From Gammaproteobacteria bacterium (GTDB lineage: Bacteria; Pseudomonadota; Gammaproteobacteria; GCA-002705445; GCA-002716945), in contig JAYQJW010000008.1 in the NCBI GenBank assembly GCA_038142325.1, positions 1 to 42,092 on the forward strand: a DNA stretch of 42,092 nucleotides, written 5' to 3'. The notes beneath the pieces were generated by a model, which saw only the letters and a program-made list of their open reading frames with translations, was not told where the DNA came from and searched no databases. Below are positions 35,421 through 42,092 of this stretch, piece after piece. Every line of letters starts with the position of its first letter. The stretch's first letter is position 1. Both the position numbers and the translations under genes were made by a program.

Positions 35421-35581
35421 TATTTACTCATAGTCTAATTTAATTAGAACTATTTCGAAAAATCATTTCATAAGTTTTAATTAATTTTTTTATAACTTTG
35501 TCAGAGTTGTAGAAATTGTCAACATGATCAAGCAAAGTATTTAATTCTAAGTGCCCAAAAGAATTTACTTTATTGACTGTA

Positions 35582-36538
35582 TCACATAACTCTTTTTTTC
35601 TGATCTCCACCATTTTCAATTAAATAAGCTAATCCTTTTTCAATTTCATAATCGAGTCCACAATGGTCTCTGCATATCACCGGGAGACCATATGACATTG
35701 CCTCAATCGCTATCATAGGAAGACCTTCAGATTCAGAATATAGAACTAATGCTTTTGCTTCTCCAAATACTTGTTCTTTTTTATGTCCATATATAGCTCT
35801 ATGAAACTCAACACCAGGGCTATGATGTACTAAGTTACAAAAATCTGCAAAGTATTTACCATTTCCCGTACCATAGATATCAAGTTTATTTTTAATAAGA
35901 TTTTCTGTGTATGCTGATGACCAAAGTTTAGTTAGTTTTATTAATCCTTTCTGCTCTACAATTCTTCCTATAAATATATAACGATTTCTTTTTGTGAGAT
36001 CATTTTGAATACTGTTCTTTTTTTCTACAGGATTTTGAACTACGTATATATTTTCATTTGTTTTAAAAAATCTTTGTATATTAACTCTATCAACATCAGT
36101 TTCTGAAATTAATCCATTAAAGTATCTTTTATATTTATTATAAATTAACATTTTATAAATATATTTTTTCATCTTAGATGTTTTTAACGCCCAGGGATGG
36201 GCCATGCCATAGCTAGATAGAACAATTTTTGTTTTCTGTTTTTTAGCAAATTTGAGACACTGTAACGTGCTTTTATTCCAAAGACCATGTATGTGTATTA
36301 AATTTGGTTTAAAGTTGTTAAACACTGAAATAAGGTCACGATTATTTTTTGTAAATTCATATTTATTATTCGTTAATAGAAGGTCCCTCCAAGATTTACT
36401 TTTTGGGTCATTGCGGCAAACAACAAGAGAGTCAATTAAATTAGATTCAGCAAGATTTTTGTGTATAAGGTGAACAACCTCACCCACACCTCCAGAATCT
36501 TTTGTGATAGAGTCTGTGACATGTAGGACTTTTATCAT
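35582..36538 (-). CDS. GT4-family glycosyltransferase (true end probably ~35465 after a frameshift)
   Basis: VLHV...SGGV, IHIHGLW, FIGRI..QKG, SEGLPMIAIEAMSYGLPVI. Confidence 0.88.
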   Translation of the reverse strand: MIKVLHVTDSITKDSGGVGEVVHLIHKNLAESNLIDSLVVCRNDPKSKSWRDLLLTNNKYEFTKNNRDLISVFNNFKPNLIHIHGLWNKSTLQCLKFAKKQKTKIVLSSYGMAHPWALKTSKMKKYIYKMLIYNKYKRYFNGLISETDVDRVNIQRFFKTNENIYVVQNPVEKKNSIQNDLTKRNRYIFIGRIVEQKGLIKLTKLWSSAYTENLIKNKLDIYGTGNGKYFADFCNLVHHSPGVEFHRAIYGHKKEQVFGEAKALVLYSESEGLPMIAIEAMSYGLPVICRDHCGLDYEIEKGLAYLIENGGDQKKRVM

Positions 36539-36542
36539 TTTT

Positions 36543-37223
36543 TTAAATAAGATCGGGAGAACTTTTTAATACTTTCTCCGCTAAAAGAAATTGATCCATT
36601 GTATCTATATCAATGGATCTAATTTGATCCATTATGAAAAACTTTGGAGAATTACCAATTCTATCTTTATTCTCTTTATATACTTCTTTATTGCATACGA
36701 ATGCTGCGTTATTAATTTCGTAAAGCACTTCCAAATCCTGTGTAAAAGGCCACTTATTTACATTTCTATTGTAGTTGTATGCACCATTTTGATTCCAAAT
36801 AAAATTTTTTAGTTGGCTTACTGTTATAAGTGAATCAAATTTATTGTTATCAATATTTCTATATTCTTCTATGATTTTACTGTAATGATATGCAGTTACG
36901 AAAGGGGATGTCACATGTGTCCACAGAATATCACCATCAGGTAAGATCGTTGTTGCATACAATATAAGATCATCAGTGCGAGTAGTATCTTGGCAATATT
37001 CAGCAGGTCGTTTGTCTATGATAACATTTGATATATCTAAATCATGGACAATCTTTATTATCAATTTATCATCAGTTGAGATAAATATGTTCTCAACTTC
37101 TTTAACTCTTGATAACTGTTTAATCTTTATCTCAATAAGTCCGTTTTTGAAATTATAGAATGATCTGGTATTTTTATTAGGTATTCTTTTACTACCTGAT
37201 CGACATGGAATAAAGACATTCAT
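36543..37223 (-). CDS. Acylneuraminate/ulosonate cytidylyltransferase family protein
   Basis: IPCRSGSKRIPNKN, ISTDD, TSPF, TQDL..LYEIN, IDIDT..QF. Confidence 0.9.
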   Translation of the reverse strand: MNVFIPCRSGSKRIPNKNTRSFYNFKNGLIEIKIKQLSRVKEVENIFISTDDKLIIKIVHDLDISNVIIDKRPAEYCQDTTRTDDLILYATTILPDGDILWTHVTSPFVTAYHYSKIIEEYRNIDNNKFDSLITVSQLKNFIWNQNGAYNYNRNVNKWPFTQDLEVLYEINNAAFVCNKEVYKENKDRIGNSPKFFIMDQIRSIDIDTMDQFLLAEKVLKSSPDLI

Positions 37224-37239
37224 AATAGATATATGTGTG

Positions 37240-38313
37240 CTACAAATTCAAATTAGATCTACTACATGCTAAATCATGCTCAATCATTTCTTTGCACATT
37301 TCTTCAATTGATATTCTTGGTTGCCAATTAAGTTTTTTCATTGCTTTGGATGAATCGCCACACAATTGGTTAACTTCAGTAGGTCTGAAATATTGTTTAT
37401 CAACTCTGATGATTTCTTGACCCTCTTTTAGATGAGCGCTTTTTTTATTTATTTTGGCAATAACACCAACTTCTTCTAATCCAGACCCATGAAAATCAAT
37501 TTCAATATCGAGATATCTTGCAGCTAATTTAATGAAATCTCTTATGACCACCTCTCTTCCAGTCGAAATGACAAAATCTTCTGGCTTGTCTTGTTGCAAC
37601 ATGAGCCACATCGCATTTACATAGTCTTTTGCATGCCCCCAATCCCTAGAAGCATTAAGATTACCTAAGAATAAAACCTTTTCACGTCCGTTGTAAATAT
37701 TTGCTAATCCTCGCGTAATCTTTCTCGTTACGAAGGTTTCACCTCTCCTTGGACTTTCATGATTAAATAGTATCCCATTACATGCGAACAAATCGTATGC
37801 ATCTCTGTAATTTACTGTAATCCAATAAGAATATAATTTAGCTGCAGCGTAAGGAGATCTGGGATGGAATAAGGACTCCTCGTTTAAGGATTTTTTATCT
37901 AGTCCTCCAAATAGCTCTGAAGTTGATGCTTGATAAAATCTGGTATTATTAAGATTGTTAGACTTTATTGATTCTAGTATTCTTAATGTTCCAAGAGCAT
38001 CGACATTAGCGGTATATTCTGGTGTCTCAAAACTCACTGCTACGTGGCTTTGTGCAGCTAGATTGTATATTTCATCTGGCTGCGTGTCATTGATTATCCT
38101 ATTAATATTTAGAGAATCAGACATGTCTCCATATAACAAGAAGAGGTTATTGGTATTAAAATGTTTATCTTGATAAATGTGATCAATTCGTCCGGTGTTA
38201 AAAGATGATGATCGCCTTTTAACTCCATAAACTATATAACCTTTTGAAAGTAATAATTCTGCTAAATATGAACCATCTTGTCCTGTAATTCCAGTAATCA
38301 GAGCTTTTTTCAT
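37240..38313 (-). CDS. gmd: GDP-mannose 4,6-dehydratase
   Basis: [64 protein letters not shown]. Confidence 0.98.
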   Translation of the reverse strand: MKKALITGITGQDGSYLAELLLSKGYIVYGVKRRSSSFNTGRIDHIYQDKHFNTNNLFLLYGDMSDSLNINRIINDTQPDEIYNLAAQSHVAVSFETPEYTANVDALGTLRILESIKSNNLNNTRFYQASTSELFGGLDKKSLNEESLFHPRSPYAAAKLYSYWITVNYRDAYDLFACNGILFNHESPRRGETFVTRKITRGLANIYNGREKVLFLGNLNASRDWGHAKDYVNAMWLMLQQDKPEDFVISTGREVVIRDFIKLAARYLDIEIDFHGSGLEEVGVIAKINKKSAHLKEGQEIIRVDKQYFRPTEVNQLCGDSSKAMKKLNWQPRISIEEMCKEMIEHDLACSRSNLNL

Positions 38314-38401
38314 ATTGGGATTGTACCATGATTTTTTTTGGCTTGATTTAAATGCATTGACAATTTTAATTAAAAATAGGAAACCTTAATAGTTGAAAAA
38401 G

Positions 38402-39808
38402 TTATTTACGACTGTAGTCATCATCTATACGAATAATATCATCCTCTTCAAGGTAAGCCCCTTTCTGAATTTCTATAATCTGAAGAGCTTTTGTATCTTT
38501 ATTTTCCAGACGATGTACCGCATTAAGCGGAATATCAATGGACTCACCAGCTACAAGCTTAAAAGATTTTCCATTCAGAGTAACATGCGCAGTCCCTTTT
38601 AAAATAGTCCAATGCTCTGTCCTCCTTTTGTGATATTGTAAACTTATACGGTTTTTTGGGTTTATGTTAAGTATCTTTACCTTGAAACCCTCTCCTTTTC
38701 TGATTGTGTTAAAACTTCCCCATGGCCTGCGTTCAAACTCAGAATACTTCTCAATATCTTGATGGTTTTTTAGCTCAGGTATTTGATCTAGATAATTCTT
38801 ATTTACAACAAGAGTTATTTCTTTAGTCTGAATCACGAGCGTATTATTTAATCCAATAGTCACAAGGGGCTTATTAGAATCATTTATCATAACATTACTA
38901 GAACAATCAATTTCTTTACACTTTGTTTGACTAATTTTCTGGCTAAGCAATGATGACCATACAGATTTCCATGTTCCTAAATCTGACCATCCACACTCTA
39001 TTGGTATCATGCATAAATCTGAATATTTCTCAATAATTTCGTAATCAATAGAGTTTGATTTCAATTTCTTCCATTCATTTTTATTTAATTGATAAATATT
39101 TTCTCTTTTATGAGCAAGACTTAACGCTTCTTTAGCATCAATGAATAGTTCATTCGAAAATTTTTCAAATGCTTTTTTCAAACACATAATATCACTGAGA
39201 AAAATTCCACAGTTCCACATATATTCGCCTGATTTATAGAATTTATCTGCAACACTCTGATCCGGCTTTTCTATAAAGCTCTCAACAGCATGTATATCCT
39301 GTTGTGTATTTTTATTAATTTTAATATATCCATAGGATGTTTCTCCTCTATCAGGAACAGCGCCAAATAATATTATTTTATTTTGAATATTTTTATACTT
39401 GTTAGCTGTAAGTTTGTTTTCAAAATATGCTTCATCCTCAAAAAAATGATCACAAGGTGAAATCAATACATCTTTATTTTGATTGGTTTCCAGTAAATAT
39501 TGTAAGGCAACCGCTATAGAAGCTGCAGTATTTCTAGGTTCTGATTCCAATATGATGGCTTCATAATTATAATCAATCTCTGTTATTTGATTTAGGACTT
39601 GATAATAAAAATTAGCGTTGCTGACAATAACTGGTTTGCAGAAGTTATTTGTTTTTTTTGGTTTAAACCTTTGAAGTGTTTTTTGAAAAAGCGTTAAATT
39701 ATCATCTGAAAATTTAGAAAATTGTTTCGGCCTCTCAGTTGTGGATAGTGGCCACAATCTAGTGCCTGATCCTCCAGCTAGAATTATAGGTGTGATTTTT
39801 TTATACAT
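38402..39808 (-). CDS. manC: Mannose-1-phosphate guanylyltransferase / mannose-6-phosphate isomerase
   Basis: ILAGGSGTRLWPLS...PKQF, RNTA, FIEKPD, WNCGIF, SIDY, WSDLGTW, cupin RPWG...SLQYH..R.EHW. Confidence 0.95.
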   Translation of the reverse strand: MYKKITPIILAGGSGTRLWPLSTTERPKQFSKFSDDNLTLFQKTLQRFKPKKTNNFCKPVIVSNANFYYQVLNQITEIDYNYEAIILESEPRNTAASIAVALQYLLETNQNKDVLISPCDHFFEDEAYFENKLTANKYKNIQNKIILFGAVPDRGETSYGYIKINKNTQQDIHAVESFIEKPDQSVADKFYKSGEYMWNCGIFLSDIMCLKKAFEKFSNELFIDAKEALSLAHKRENIYQLNKNEWKKLKSNSIDYEIIEKYSDLCMIPIECGWSDLGTWKSVWSSLLSQKISQTKCKEIDCSSNVMINDSNKPLVTIGLNNTLVIQTKEITLVVNKNYLDQIPELKNHQDIEKYSEFERRPWGSFNTIRKGEGFKVKILNINPKNRISLQYHKRRTEHWTILKGTAHVTLNGKSFKLVAGESIDIPLNAVHRLENKDTKALQIIEIQKGAYLEEDDIIRIDDDYSRK

Positions 39809-39891
39809 AAATATTAAGAAAGAATATCATCTTAAGAAGTGCTTGTCCTTGATATAAATGTAGCGTAATTGGAATAATTTAAGACGAAGTA

Positions 39892-39919
39892 TTGAATAAA
39901 ATCTCGATAGATGTAAAAT
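39892..39919 (+). promoter_or_regulatory. Sigma70-like promoter for tRNA-Ala
   Basis: TTGAAT-16 nt-TAAAAT, ending 14 nt before the tRNA. Confidence 0.6.
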
Positions 39920-39933
39920 CGATTTATTCTAAA

Positions 39934-40006
39934 GGGGCTATAGCTCAGCTGGGAGAGCATCTGCTTTGCAAGCAGGAGGTCGTCGGTTCGATCCCGACTA
40001 GCTCCA
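39934..40006 (+). tRNA. tRNA-Ala(TGC)
   Basis: GGGGCTATAGCTCAGCTGGGAGAGC...TTTGCAA...GGTTCGATCCC..TAGCTCCA; G3-U70 identity pair; CCA not encoded. Confidence 0.98.
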
Positions 40007-40020
40007 CTCTATATTTTAAG

Positions 40021-40043
40021 AACCCAGTTTTTACTGGGTTTTT
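40021..40043 (+). terminator. Intrinsic terminator after tRNA-Ala
   Basis: AACCCAGT-TTTT-ACTGGGTT followed by TTTGTTT. Confidence 0.8.
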
Positions 40044-40320
40044 GTTTGAAAAGGTCTAAATCCTAACGTCCACTGTATTTATTAAAAAAGCCTAGCTACG
40101 TTAAAATAATTAGACATAATATACTCATAGCATTATAAAATTTAATCGTGCAGTTATTATTAAATTTTTTACTAAGAATTGAACAAAAACTACAACCCAA
40201 ATTTTCGAGTCAATGACAATGAAGGAATAGATTAATTGTGGCATTCTGCTAACTCTCAAAAAAAGCATAAAAAAAGCACATAAAACCTTAAATATTTCTA
40301 CTATTTATGGAACTTTGCTA

Positions 40321-40387
40321 TATAATACTTTTCGGTGAACATTAAAAGGGATGTTCGCTTTTTTTTGCTCTAATGAAAATTTGGAAT
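40321..40387 (+). promoter_or_regulatory. Putative 23S leader: -10 box, hairpin, boxA-like element
   Basis: TATAAT 40321-40326; hairpin 40334-40359; TGCTCTAATGAAAATTTGGAAT (from 40366) parallels TGATCTGTAAAAATTTGGAAT in the 16S leader. Confidence 0.55.
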
Positions 40388-40523
40388 TAATGTACATGCA
40401 TTTTTAAATCTAGTGATTTAAAAACGAGAACTCATATATCTGAAAAGATATAATGAATGTTACTTTTATTTGAGAACCAAATAGACACTTTAATAAACGA
40501 TTTTGAGTTTATTTAAGTTATAA

Positions 40524-42092
<1,569 letters not shown>

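Larger units (their letters stand above)
17160..39933. other. ~22.8 kb insert in the rRNA spacer, mostly a surface-polysaccharide (O-antigen-like) island
   Basis: Lies between tRNA-Ile and tRNA-Ala, which are normally adjacent in the ITS; ~19 kb of co-oriented minus-strand glycan genes, visibly more AT-rich; no integrase or transposase seen. Confidence 0.88.

Noticed and set aside
17160-39933. Prophage or integrative element inserted at a tRNA
   Set aside because: No integrase, phage or conjugation genes, and no duplicated tRNA 3' end found at the opposite boundary.
38314-39933. JUMPStart/ops element upstream of manC or gmd
   Set aside because: No GGCGGTAG-like motif seen on the minus strand in these intergenic regions.
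40044-40320. Small gene or ncRNA between tRNA-Ala and 23S
   Set aside because: AT-rich, with no convincing ORF or stable structure visible.

Overview
AT-rich, tightly packed bacterial chromosome segment. The 16S sequence and synteny (nth-rsxB-metG/apbC-dcd; HAD-rppH; argC-bactofilin-erpA-anmK-tyrS-rrn) point to a streamlined gammaproteobacterium; the exact taxon cannot be fixed without a search. Bases 1-15300 are mostly housekeeping genes. They also carry an unannotated unit at 1370-1977: two near-identical 55-nt SAM-II-type riboswitches, each directly upstream of a small ORF of unknown function. The rRNA operon is pulled apart: 16S and tRNA-Ile (15486-17159) are separated from tRNA-Ala and 23S (39934->42092) by about 22.8 kb. 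That insert holds a peroxiredoxin, a DUF4399-type protein and a complete Wzx/Wzy-type surface-polysaccharide cluster (manC, gmd, fcl, glycosyltransferases, methyl- and acetyl-transferases, wzx, wzy, wzz, ligase). The cluster includes an aldolase/phosphatase/CMP-transferase/transferase set suggesting a NeuB-independent ulosonic-acid pathway. The 16S has a compensated A18-U917 pair in the central pseudoknot that mismatches both 27F and 907R/926R primers. Many genes, including essential metG, are broken by single-base indels, most likely sequencing or assembly errors. All family calls come from motif recognition by eye, not database searches.
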